Shown in pieces: positions 30,134 to 38,946 of a stretch of DNA of 64,000 nucleotides (position 1 is the first letter of the stretch; the number at the start of each line of letters is the position of its first letter). Location: NCBI GenBank assembly GCA_963704645.1, contig OY969926.1, positions 416,001 through 480,000 of the forward strand. Direction: 5' to 3'. Source of the DNA: an uncultured bacterium. GTDB lineage: Bacteria > Patescibacteriota > JACMRA01. A program made the position numbers and the translations under genes. The notes below the pieces were generated by a model that saw nothing but the letters and a program-made list of their open reading frames with translations, did no database searches and was not told the origin of the DNA.

Positions 30134-30248
30134 GGTGGTTATCACCTATAGAACTCCTCTCTAGTTACATAGAAATAATGGTTTGGCAAGTGGTTATAGC
30201 TGTTGAATATTTTTTATAAAGTCATATTTTATTCACTTGCTCCAAAAT

Positions 30249-30270
30249 GGCAACGTGGGGTCGCCGTTAC
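30249..30270 (-). repeat. GTAG-type REP palindrome (variant)
   Basis: Minus strand GTAAC-GGCGA-CCCCACG-TTGCC. Confidence 0.6.
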
Positions 30271-30327
30271 ATTTGTTTGTGAAAGACTTTCCTTGACAAA
30301 AAAAGCCCATTTGCACTTTCTTAAATA

Positions 30328-30383
30328 AGATCCCAAGACAACCGGCATTCAATTAAGTCCTGTTGTAGGTAAAATCTGGATCT
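30328..30383 (+). promoter_or_regulatory. L10 leader (ribosomal protein autoregulatory RNA)
   Basis: AGATCC...GGATCT closing stem with AGACAACCGG...TAA..CCTGTTGTAGG core directly upstream of rplJ. Confidence 0.7.
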
Positions 30384-30418
30384 GAGAATTAATTTTGGCT
30401 TAGTCCAAATATATTTAT

Positions 30419-30946
30419 ATGGCTGTATCTCATAAAAAAAAGCAAGAAATTTTAGAGCTTTTAAACACCTCTGTATCTACACAAAAAGCTGTAGTTTTAA
30501 TATCTACTCTTAATGTACCTAAAAACTTAGACGCTGAATTTAACTTTAAAGTTAGAAAAGCTGCTAAGAATGAAGGAGTTACTTTAAAAGTTGTAAAAAA
30601 CACCTTAATTCAAAAAGCATTTAGCAGTGTTCCTAATTTAATTGGTCCTACTTATTTAGCTTTCCTAGATAACGCAGAACAAAGCGATGAAGTTAAAACA
30701 CCTAAAATTGTAGTAAACTTAGTTTCTAAAGAATTTAAAGAAAATTTTAATTTAATTGGTTCTATTGTTAATGGTGAATTTTACGATTCAAAACTAACTA
30801 TTCAACTTTCTAAAACTCCAAGTTTCGCAGATTCAATGGCTATGATTGCTGGTGCCTTAAATCAGGTTACTGCAAAAATTGCTATTGGTGTTAAAGAAGT
30901 TCCTGCAGGTATGGCCAGATCTATTAAAGCTATCCACCAAAATTAA
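30419..30946 (+). CDS. rplJ: 50S ribosomal protein L10
   Basis: LKVVKNTLI, GPTYLAF; upstream of rplL. Confidence 0.9.
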   Translation: MAVSHKKKQEILELLNTSVSTQKAVVLISTLNVPKNLDAEFNFKVRKAAKNEGVTLKVVKNTLIQKAFSSVPNLIGPTYLAFLDNAEQSDEVKTPKIVVNLVSKEFKENFNLIGSIVNGEFYDSKLTIQLSKTPSFADSMAMIAGALNQVTAKIAIGVKEVPAGMARSIKAIHQN

Positions 30947-30979
30947 ATCTCAAAATCTACCCCCCAATAATTATATATT

Positions 30980-31360
30980 ATGTCCAAAATCCAAACAATC
31001 GTTGATGAACTTAAAAAATTAACACTATTAGAAGCCTCTGAATTAGTAACAGCTATTGAAACTACTTTTGGTGTTTCTGCTGCTGCTCCTGTAGCTGTTG
31101 CCGCTGCCGGTCCTGCTGCTGAAGCTGCTCCCGCCGAAGAAGAGAAATCTTCATTCAACGTTGAAATTACTGAAGTTCCAGCTGACAAGAAAATTGCAGT
31201 TATTAAAGAAGTAAAAACAATCTTGAACATTGGTCTAGGTGATGCTAAGGCTAAAGTTGACGGAGCTCCTTTCGTACTTATTGAAAATGCAAGCAAAGAA
31301 GATGCTAACAAGTACAAAGAATCTCTAAGTGCTGCTGGTGCAACTGTAGTTTTAAAGTAA
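30980..31360 (+). CDS. rplL: 50S ribosomal protein L7/L12
   Basis: LTLLEASELV...FGVSAAAPVAVAAA...KKIAVIKEV...AGATV. Confidence 0.97.
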   Translation: MSKIQTIVDELKKLTLLEASELVTAIETTFGVSAAAPVAVAAAGPAAEAAPAEEEKSSFNVEITEVPADKKIAVIKEVKTILNIGLGDAKAKVDGAPFVLIENASKEDANKYKESLSAAGATVVLK

Positions 31361-31367
31361 TAATTAT

Positions 31368-32123
31368 ATGATACCCCAACTTAGCTTAATGCAATTATTT
31401 CAAGTTGGTGCCCACCGTGGTAATTCTAAATCTAAGTTAAATCCAAAACTTAAATCTAGTATTTACGGGGTAGAAAATGGTTTGTGTCTAATTAATTTAG
31501 TAGAAACCAACAAATCTATTCAAAAAGCTGCCGACTTAATCCACTCTCTTGGGTCTAAAAAGCGTCAGATTTTAGTGGTAGGAACTTCTAAACATCTTCA
31601 GAATTTAACTGTTTCCACAGCTGCTAAGTTTATTGGCTCAGCTCCATATGTAAATTTCAGATGGCTGGGTGGTAGTTTAACAAACTGGTCTACAATTAAA
31701 AAGACTTTGAAAACTTTAGAAAAACTTGAAAACATTGAACAAAACAAAGAGTTCTTTCAAAAATTAAGTAGAAACGAAAGACTTGCAATTCAAAAAGATA
31801 AAACTAAAATCAATAAATTCTTTAGTGGTTTGGTTAATCTTAAGAATAATAAGCCAGGCGCTTTGCTAGTTTTAGATGCTGCCAATCACTCTGTGCCAAT
31901 TCTAGAAGCTCAAAAAATGGGTATTCCTGTTATTGCGCTTGCTAGTACTGCTACAAAGTTCTTGCCAGAAAAATTAGACACTACAATTGTAACTAATATT
32001 TTCTCTATTAAGGCTGTTGAACTAATTTTAGACAACTTGGTAACTTCTTACAACGAAGGTGTTCAAGCTGGAATTAGCCAAGCTATTGCTGAAGAAAAGA
32101 AGGAAGTTGCTGTTAAAAATTAA
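31368..32123 (+). CDS. rpsB: 30S ribosomal protein S2
   Basis: GAHRG, NPKL, VGT, RWLGGSLTNW. Confidence 0.93.
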   Translation: MIPQLSLMQLFQVGAHRGNSKSKLNPKLKSSIYGVENGLCLINLVETNKSIQKAADLIHSLGSKKRQILVVGTSKHLQNLTVSTAAKFIGSAPYVNFRWLGGSLTNWSTIKKTLKTLEKLENIEQNKEFFQKLSRNERLAIQKDKTKINKFFSGLVNLKNNKPGALLVLDAANHSVPILEAQKMGIPVIALASTATKFLPEKLDTTIVTNIFSIKAVELILDNLVTSYNEGVQAGISQAIAEEKKEVAVKN

Positions 32124-32131
32124 ATATTATT

Positions 32132-32335
32132 ATGGCTCAGAAGCAAAAAAATAAAATTTTACTAATTAACACCGAAGTAGATCCAAAAACTGGAAGAAAA
32201 GTTACACATAGATATGTTGTAAATAAATCTTTAGGTAAGGGTAAGCCAAATGGTGGAAAAGGTAAATTAGAATTAAAAAAATACAATCCAATTCTTAGGA
32301 AGCACGTTTTGTATACAGAAACCAAATATAAATAA
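32132..32335 (+). CDS. rpmG: 50S ribosomal protein L33 (Cys-free, with insertions)
   Basis: KLELKKYNPILRKHVLYTE. Confidence 0.88.
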   Translation: MAQKQKNKILLINTEVDPKTGRKVTHRYVVNKSLGKGKPNGGKGKLELKKYNPILRKHVLYTETKYK

Positions 32336-32336
32336 T

Positions 32337-32549
32337 ATGGCTTTAAAAAAAATGCGTAGTAAAACTAAGAAAAGTGTTTCCAAAAGACTTAAAGTTACCA
32401 ATGGTGGCGATTTGCTAAAAGGAAAGCTTATTTTAAACAAAGCTGGTGATAATCACTACAATACCAGAAAATCAAGAAGTAGAACTATCAAAGCTAAACG
32501 CGATGTTATTGCTGATAAAATTCATAATAAATTAAAAGCTGTTATATAA
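32337..32549 (+). CDS. rpmI: 50S ribosomal protein L35
   Basis: KTKKSVSKRLKVT; position before rplT. Confidence 0.8.
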   Translation: MALKKMRSKTKKSVSKRLKVTNGGDLLKGKLILNKAGDNHYNTRKSRSRTIKAKRDVIADKIHNKLKAVI

Positions 32550-32550
32550 T

Positions 32551-32904
32551 ATGTCTAGAGTTAAAAAAGGCGTTGCCGCACACAAGCACAGAAAATATTT
32601 GTTAGACCGAGCTAAAGGTTTTATAAATGGTGCAAATTCCAAATTTAGATTAGCTAAAGAAAGATTATTGAAAGCTGAATCTAATGCTTACAAATCACGT
32701 AAACTAAGAAAGAGAGATTTTAGAAGTTTATGGATTGTAAGAATTAATGGAGCTTTAGATCAAATTGGTAGCGATGTAAATTACAGCACATTTATTCACA
32801 AATTATCTAATTCTGACATAAAGTTAAACAGAAAAGCTATTTCAGAAATTGCTATTAAAGATATTAATGCTTTCAAAGAAATTGTTGATAAAGTTTTAGT
32901 ATAG
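32551..32904 (+). CDS. rplT: 50S ribosomal protein L20
   Basis: MSRVKKG, RKRDFRSLWIVRING, LNRK. Confidence 0.96.
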   Translation: MSRVKKGVAAHKHRKYLLDRAKGFINGANSKFRLAKERLLKAESNAYKSRKLRKRDFRSLWIVRINGALDQIGSDVNYSTFIHKLSNSDIKLNRKAISEIAIKDINAFKEIVDKVLV

Positions 32905-32915
32905 TTGTTTGGTAC

Positions 32916-33758
32916 ATGAAGTTCATTCTTCCTAAAACAAAACAAGAAATTTTGGCCCTTATTGGGCCTGTTTCTGTGTCTGAACAATTTGAATATTTAA
33001 AGTTCCATGCTGTTCGCTATAAGTATCTATTAGAAGTTGTAGCAAAGTATTTTCCTGTAGAGAGATCAGTTAATAAACAAAATACTCCAGAATTATTAGA
33101 TAAAAAAACTTTTGATGGGCCTGCCAACAACTCAGAAAACTTGAAAGACAAATTAGGTTCTGCTAATAACTTTAACTATAATAATCCGCTAAAAATTTTG
33201 GATATAGGAACTGGCTTTGAAGTAGACTTACTTCGCCATGTTTTTAAAGTGCCTATTCACACGGCTGGTTTTTATCATGCCGGTTGGCCAGTTTTGGAAG
33301 GTGAAAAGTTTTACGAATTAGATTTAAATAATACTGAGTTATTAGATAATGTTGTTAATCAAAAATATCCAATTATAATTATGGCGGAGGTAATTGAGCA
33401 TGTTCACACTGCCCCAGAATTAGTTTTAGCTGAGGTTAAAAAATGGCTTGAACCAAACGGTGTTTTAATAATTCAAACTCCAAATGCTGTGTCTCTTCCA
33501 AAAAGACTGAAAATGTTACTGGGAATTCAACCGTTCGAAAAAATTAGGCCTAATAAATTAAATCCTGGGCATTTTAGAGAGTATACCTTGACGGAATTAC
33601 ATAATATCTTAGCAGAGGTTGGATTAGAGGTTTTATACAGCTCTAGAAAAAACTATTTTTCTCCGAATAACACACTTCTTCAATTTCTATATTCTTTAGA
33701 ATTTCTATGGCCGCCAAGTTTAAGAACTGGTATTACGGTGGTGGTTAAGGGAAAATAG
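32916..33758 (+). CDS. Class I SAM-dependent methyltransferase
   Basis: ILDIGTG, EVIEHV, LEPNGVLIIQTPN, HFREYT. Confidence 0.88.
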   Translation: MKFILPKTKQEILALIGPVSVSEQFEYLKFHAVRYKYLLEVVAKYFPVERSVNKQNTPELLDKKTFDGPANNSENLKDKLGSANNFNYNNPLKILDIGTGFEVDLLRHVFKVPIHTAGFYHAGWPVLEGEKFYELDLNNTELLDNVVNQKYPIIIMAEVIEHVHTAPELVLAEVKKWLEPNGVLIIQTPNAVSLPKRLKMLLGIQPFEKIRPNKLNPGHFREYTLTELHNILAEVGLEVLYSSRKNYFSPNNTLLQFLYSLEFLWPPSLRTGITVVVKGK

Positions 33759-33812
33759 TTTTGTTATACTCTCGACCTAAAGTATTACTAAAAACTGATA
33801 ATATTACTTTTT

Positions 33813-34217
33813 TTAATCAAATATATTTTTATTTATAACTAGTTTAGTTTCCCTACTATAGCCTTCAAAAACAGAGACTGATAAACATGCAATATCTTTT
33901 AATGTTTTATAGCCAGATTCTTTCAGATAATTAGGAAAATATTCTACAAAAAAATTGCATAAAGACTCGGTCGAACAAGATTTTTTAGAAAGCCTACTGT
34001 CAGTATTTAGTTTATCTGGTAAAGTTTCGACAAATCTTCCTAAGTATTTTTGAAATTCTACTGTATCAATACCGTATTCTGAAGTGTTAAAATGACTATT
34101 TATATTTCCCGAAAGTTCAAAATTGACTATAAACTCATGGGAATGATAATCATTTGTAAAAGGTGGGTTGTAATGTTTTCGTTCAAATATATATTTGATG
34201 TTGTAAGTGTAAGTCAT
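33813..34217 (-). CDS. QueD/PTPS-like T-fold protein lacking the catalytic Cys
   Basis: H15...HSH metal triad, STESLC, VSVFE. Confidence 0.65.
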   Translation of the reverse strand: MTYTYNIKYIFERKHYNPPFTNDYHSHEFIVNFELSGNINSHFNTSEYGIDTVEFQKYLGRFVETLPDKLNTDSRLSKKSCSTESLCNFFVEYFPNYLKESGYKTLKDIACLSVSVFEGYSRETKLVINKNIFD

Positions 34218-34220
34218 AAT

Positions 34221-35108
34221 TTATTTTTTGCATGATATTAACGGAACGGTTGGTTGAGTTTTATTATCTGAATCACTAAGTTTTAATTCTGGTGAGTTGC
34301 GTAAGTTAATGGGAAGTCTTGGGTCGGTTACACCAATTACTGGAAACTTATATTTTTTACAGGCTGCGTCTCCTATGGAAAGATATTGGGCTAAATTGTA
34401 AATTACTTTATTTCTTGCGCATTCCTCCAAACTAATTTCTTGACCAACAGCTAGCAGTCTGGAATGCAACATGGCAATCCTTTCCGATTCTATACCAACT
34501 GTGTATGCTATCATCCTATTTAGCTTATCTGAGTCAGAGTTCTTTAGCTCTAAATTAGATTCTATTTGCTCAATGTAGTTTTTCTCTAAAGCAGAGATAT
34601 CTTGCTTGCCGCAAAATTCACTCATGAAAGTGGTTATATTTATAGGAATTCCAGATAGGCTTGGATGATAGTTTAAATATTCTTCAAGGGCTTGTTTTGA
34701 CGACATAATATTACTTAAAAAAGTTATAGGAGTTTCGTTCATTGTATTAAGAATGTTTTCGTCACCTACTTCTTGGTCTGCTATAAGAATTTTTATTTGG
34801 AACGGTATTTCGGATTGAGCTAAGCCTTGTATAAATTCTGCTGTTCCATCGATAGTTTGTTTGGCCATTGTCGGAACGCCATTTTTCATAGATTTGTAAT
34901 CTGTTTTACCATTTGTCTCTGAGTACTCAGGGCAAGTTGGAATTAAATAAGTAATTGGCTCTTCTGGTGTAGCCTTAACAGCGTATTGATATAAAAGATT
35001 TTGATAAGTTCTAGAAATTTCGTGTAAATTTTCTGTTTTCTTCAAAAAGTCTATAAATTTTCTAGCTCTTAAAATTGTTGGGGTTTCGATAGTCGGTCTT
35101 TCAGACAT
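34221..35108 (-). CDS. Hypothetical enzyme with CPxY and ADxE motifs (possible HUP/CDPS-like fold)
   Basis: LIPTCPEYS, IKILIADQE, AQYLSIG. The fold assignment is an inference. Confidence 0.55.
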   Translation of the reverse strand: MSERPTIETPTILRARKFIDFLKKTENLHEISRTYQNLLYQYAVKATPEEPITYLIPTCPEYSETNGKTDYKSMKNGVPTMAKQTIDGTAEFIQGLAQSEIPFQIKILIADQEVGDENILNTMNETPITFLSNIMSSKQALEEYLNYHPSLSGIPINITTFMSEFCGKQDISALEKNYIEQIESNLELKNSDSDKLNRMIAYTVGIESERIAMLHSRLLAVGQEISLEECARNKVIYNLAQYLSIGDAACKKYKFPVIGVTDPRLPINLRNSPELKLSDSDNKTQPTVPLISCKK

Positions 35109-35159
35109 ATATTTTTGGTTAAATTGTTGTTAAATTATTTTTCAATAAATTTTGGGAAT

Positions 35160-35272
35160 AAAAAACACCTCCCAAAGGGAGGCAAATTAGCTTTTTAAAA
35201 AGTATTTAAACACTAAGAAATTCCTCCCGGGTTACGGAAGATTTGCCAAAGGTTTAATACTTTAAAAGCCAT
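35160..35272 (-). promoter_or_regulatory. Leader-peptide transcription attenuator
   Basis: uORF 35272-35213 (MAFKVLNLWQIFRNPGGIS) inside a long hairpin, then terminator GCCTCCC-TTT-GGGAGGT-GTTTTTT. GGGAGG within the uORF can pair with the terminator 5' arm. Confidence 0.7.
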
Positions 35273-35396
35273 AAATGCTGTAAAAGGTATATTTTTGGTT
35301 TTGTCAACAATAGCAACCTCTGGCTTAAAAGTGGTTTTGATCTTATTTTTTGACTGTACTGTCTATATTTGGCTACTTTAAATTAACACCAAATAT

Positions 35397-36257
35397 ATGA
35401 AAACAATATACATCTGTTCCCCTTCAGCACCTTTTACTTTAGATACCAACTTAATTGAACAAGGTAAAAATAATTTACAAAAACTGGGTTTTGAGGTAAT
35501 TTTTAGTTCTAATATTTTGGCCAATACTGGCAATACAGCAGGCACTATTGGGCAAAGAGTCGCCGATTTAGAAGAAGGTTTATTTAACTCAAAGGTAGAT
35601 ATTATTTTACCAACAAGGGGAGGGTTTAATTCGAACGAAATTCTTCCCCATTTAAATTTTTCTAAAATTAAAGAAGAATCGGGTAAGAAAATTTTTTGTG
35701 GTTATAGTGACAATACAACTTTGGTAAACAATTTATTTACTAAGGCAAATATGCAAACCATTTACGGTTTAAATTTTAAAGATGTATGTTTGTTAGAAAC
35801 ATCAGCCCTTGAACAGTGGCATAAAACAATAAACAATGTAGAAAATTTTTCTGGTTTTTACAGATCACTTGCGTCAAGCGTATTCAGGCCTGGAAAGGCT
35901 AAAGGCAAGTTAATTGGTGGCAATTTAGCTGTAATGTGTTGGTTAATTGGCACTCCATATGAAGTTGTAATTAACCAAGGTGATATTTTATTTTTAGAAG
36001 ATGACTTGGAAACCAACAGCTATTACTGGCAAATGTATTTAGTTCACTTAAAGCAGGCAGGCGCTTTCGACAAAATTTCTGGATTAATTTTTGGTAAGCT
36101 TTTGCCAGAAACCTATTTTCCTGAAGGCCAAACTTTTCTTGATATTTTGGAAGATGTTGTAGGCCAATACTCTTTCCCTGTTTGGCTGAATGCCGATTTT
36201 GGGCATATAGAAAACCCCATAAGCATTCCCCTTGGAATAAGTTTTACAATGAATTAG
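35397..36257 (+). CDS. S66 family peptidase (LD-carboxypeptidase/MccF-like)
   Basis: TRGGF, GYSDNT (Ser), GKLIGGNL, LFLED (Glu), FGH (His). Confidence 0.9.
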   Translation: MKTIYICSPSAPFTLDTNLIEQGKNNLQKLGFEVIFSSNILANTGNTAGTIGQRVADLEEGLFNSKVDIILPTRGGFNSNEILPHLNFSKIKEESGKKIFCGYSDNTTLVNNLFTKANMQTIYGLNFKDVCLLETSALEQWHKTINNVENFSGFYRSLASSVFRPGKAKGKLIGGNLAVMCWLIGTPYEVVINQGDILFLEDDLETNSYYWQMYLVHLKQAGAFDKISGLIFGKLLPETYFPEGQTFLDILEDVVGQYSFPVWLNADFGHIENPISIPLGISFTMN

Positions 36258-36461
36258 TTAACTTATTAGATATTCTAATTCTTGCTCATTGTAAGATAGT
36301 TGAAGTTTAGTTATATTATTTAGCTGTAAATTTGCTATTTATACTATTTCGATCATATTTTACAAGTTATTTAATTCATAGGTATAAGGACAAGCTCTGA
36401 CATTCATTTTATACAGTTTACCTTGACAAACTAAGCCTAAAAAGACACTTTTTAATGGCAC

Positions 36462-36537
36462 GGATTCGTAGCTCAGTTGGTAGAGCAGAAGACTCTTAAT
36501 CTTTTGGTCGTGGGTTCGACTCCCACCGGATCCACCA
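36462..36537 (+). tRNA. tRNA-Lys(CTT)
   Basis: 76-nt cloverleaf, anticodon arm GAAGA-CTCTTAA-TCTTT, encoded CCA; TTGACA at 36423 upstream. Confidence 0.96.
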
Positions 36538-36637
36538 AACAAAAATATAATCGAGATAAATCTCATTTCAAAAGTAAAAAAAGATGTGGAGTGGCTTTAA
36601 CAGCTGGTTATTCAAACAATTAATTAAAATATTTTAT

Positions 36638-37351
36638 ATGTCAGTTGAACTTCATCGCCCACTCGTTTTACATTACGAAACAGCCGCAGAAATGTATAAG
36701 CAAGCAGAAGAAATGGCAGTAAGACAAATTTTAGATACCACTGCCGAAGTTGGTATTGCAAGAATTGCTTTAGCTGGAGGAACTACGCCTTTGCCATTGT
36801 ACGAATTAATGGCAGTCGACCCAATTTTTCCTTGGCATGAAGTTGAATTCTATCAAACCGATGAAAGATACACAGAACCAACCTCTGATAGTTCTAATCA
36901 ATTTAATATTAGAAAGGCTTTTGGACAAGAAACTTTAGATCTTGCACGTGCTTTTAGGCCATTCAATGTTTCTTTGACTCCAGAATTAGCTGTAAAATCT
37001 TACCATGAAGAACTAGACGATTTAGACGGTAAAATGTTCGATTTAGTTATTTTAGGCGTAGGCGATGATGGGCATATTGCTTCACTTTTCCCTGAAGGTA
37101 ATTATTTAAAACATCAGCCAAAACACACAATTTTAACTTCCGCTCCTGCTAGTTTGGTTGCAGAACAAAGACTTTCCTTAACAATAGAAGCAATTTTGAA
37201 TAGTGAAATGGTTTTAGTTTTACTAAAAGGTTCAGATAAGCGTGAAGTTGTAGCTGAAATGCTAGAAGGCAGAAAAAAAGGTTTCGAGTTCCCAGCTAAA
37301 TTTTTGTTAGCTCACCCTAACTTAAAAATTTTCCAGACATACGAAGATTAA
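36638..37351 (+). CDS. pgl: 6-phosphogluconolactonase
   Basis: IALAGGTTP, TDERY, SN, LGVGDDGHIASLFP. Confidence 0.9.
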   Translation: MSVELHRPLVLHYETAAEMYKQAEEMAVRQILDTTAEVGIARIALAGGTTPLPLYELMAVDPIFPWHEVEFYQTDERYTEPTSDSSNQFNIRKAFGQETLDLARAFRPFNVSLTPELAVKSYHEELDDLDGKMFDLVILGVGDDGHIASLFPEGNYLKHQPKHTILTSAPASLVAEQRLSLTIEAILNSEMVLVLLKGSDKREVVAEMLEGRKKGFEFPAKFLLAHPNLKIFQTYED

Positions 37352-37428
37352 TTAAAAGTAAAGTTTTAGGCTTTACAAATATATTCAACTTGTTAATTAG
37401 TTAGTCTATTCCTTAGGGAAAATAAATA

Positions 37429-37836
37429 ATGGACATTCGTATATGGTTAGGCCCAGATTTTTGCGCTAACAATTCTTTTCGTTCCTTGCAATGTTGTACA
37501 AACCTCAATGCAGATTCTATTCTATTAGAAATGGTTTTGGAAATTCTAAATACGCAAGTTGTAGGACTAAATCTTGAAGGGATTTTAATTATAAACAATT
37601 TAGTTAAAATTAAATTTGGGAAAATTGATAACTGTAACTTAAATGATAGGGGTGTTGATATTATAGTTGGCGGTAAATATTTTTATAATGAAGAAAGGGA
37701 GAATTGGGTGTTTATTTCTAGCCAAATAATATTCAACAAAGACAAATTTGCCTTGGCAGAAGGTCTTGAAATTTCCGGGGTTAATTATCTAAAATACATT
37801 CTTCCTAACAACTTTTTTTTATTAGAAAATATTTAA
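37429..37836 (+). CDS. Hypothetical protein (orphan)
   Basis: 135-aa ORF with its own terminator. Confidence 0.5.
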   Translation: MDIRIWLGPDFCANNSFRSLQCCTNLNADSILLEMVLEILNTQVVGLNLEGILIINNLVKIKFGKIDNCNLNDRGVDIIVGGKYFYNEERENWVFISSQIIFNKDKFALAEGLEISGVNYLKYILPNNFFLLENI

Positions 37837-37848
37837 TTATTTTAAATT

Positions 37849-37882
37849 GATAACAGGTAGCCATCCCTGTTTTTTTATTGGG
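37849..37882 (+). terminator. Intrinsic terminator, copy 1 of a 34-bp duplicated element
   Basis: GATAACAGGTA-GCCATC-CCTGTTTTTTTATTGGG. Confidence 0.8.
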
Positions 37883-37955
37883 GGGATTTTTTGACCATCT
37901 CAGTATTTTGTGCTTGAATTAGTTTATTCAGATTCAATATTGCAGGTAAAAATTA

Positions 37956-38300
37956 ATGGTTAAAGTTTTGTTTATTGGTGGAAACGAGTTAACAAAAAAT
38001 AAATTTTCAGAGGCTTCCAAGCTAAATAACTTAGCTTTTATTCCATTTCCAACTAGCTCACCAATTGATCCGATGCTGGTTTACTTAGAAAGTGATTGGA
38101 TTTTGGTTGCGCCCTATGCCGCTCATGATGAGTTATATACTCAGATGCGCCTAAGGAATATACCTATTCCCGCTGGATTCTTTGTTCAGTACGAAGGAAA
38201 CACTGAAATAACTACTTCTCTTGAATTTCTTTCAATGCAAAAAGACGCGAGCTTAGTGCAAACAGCCCTGCAACTTTGCGAAGTAGCTCGAGCAGCTTAG
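37956..38300 (+). CDS. Hypothetical small flavodoxin-like/DUF2325-like protein (orphan)
   Basis: KVLFIGG...SDWILV; AGGT SD-like motif; TTGACC upstream. Confidence 0.5.
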   Translation: MVKVLFIGGNELTKNKFSEASKLNNLAFIPFPTSSPIDPMLVYLESDWILVAPYAAHDELYTQMRLRNIPIPAGFFVQYEGNTEITTSLEFLSMQKDASLVQTALQLCEVARAA

Positions 38301-38308
38301 ATTCTATA

Positions 38309-38342
38309 GATAACAGGTATTCAGCCCTGTTTTTTTATTGGG
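38309..38342 (+). terminator. Intrinsic terminator, copy 2 (31/34 identical to 37849)
   Basis: GATAACAGGTA-TTCAGC-CCTGTTTTTTTATTGGG. Confidence 0.8.
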
Positions 38343-38459
38343 TAAGTTTTAACAACTGGAATTACTAATCCAAAATTAGAATAGGCTTTGACAAAAGCTT
38401 GTTTTTAGGAAAATAATTTAGAGTTGGGTTTCATTTTTACATTTAATTTAGAGGCAGAA

Positions 38460-38882
38460 ATGCAGTGTTATGTATTTTGTTTACTAGTGGAAGATACAAT
38501 TAAAAACAACCTTTTAGTTAAATTTTTTAAAGAGTTGTCGGTTAAAGTTAGAAGGTCAACAGACACTTCACTTCCTGAAAATTTTAATATTCATTATGCT
38601 GATGATATTGATCATCTTTTGCAGCAGTTAAAAAAAATTGATTGCGACAGCGAAATTACCATTGTTCATAATTGGTATTTTTCTGAAAATTTGATTAATT
38701 TAAGAAATCAGGGTTGGTTGGGAGACAAATGTTATTTAGTTCAACTTATGTTCCATAGAAATGAAGGTGATAGTGGAATATTTTATTCTGCTGACATCCG
38801 TAAAGCACATAAAGATGATGAGCTTAGTCCAATCGCAAAAAAAATTGTCTCACTCAACACGTCAACATTCAGCGACATTTAG
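38460..38882 (+). CDS. Orphan degenerate receiver-like protein
   Basis: LLVED beta1 motif, IHYADDIDHLLQQLKK; GAGG before ATG 38460; TTGACA upstream. Confidence 0.5.
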   Translation: MQCYVFCLLVEDTIKNNLLVKFFKELSVKVRRSTDTSLPENFNIHYADDIDHLLQQLKKIDCDSEITIVHNWYFSENLINLRNQGWLGDKCYLVQLMFHRNEGDSGIFYSADIRKAHKDDELSPIAKKIVSLNTSTFSDI

Positions 38883-38946
38883 TTTTTGACAATATTCATT
38901 GTTCTTCACTTCCTAGAAATAGGAAGTTTATTTTTGGAGTAAAATT

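Noticed and set aside
35160-35272. T-box or preQ1 riboswitch upstream of the QueD-like operon
   Set aside because: No T-box (GGTGGNACC) or preQ1 (GGTTC...CCC...AAAAAACTA) motif; the uORF-attenuator model fits better.
36382-36404. Additional REP copy (GTATAAGGACAAGCTCTGAC)
   Set aside because: Only a half-site with no palindromic partner; too degenerate to call.
37849-38342. Integron attC sites
   Set aside because: No RYYYAAC/GTTRRRY core pair and no integrase; the elements are hairpin plus T-tract terminators.
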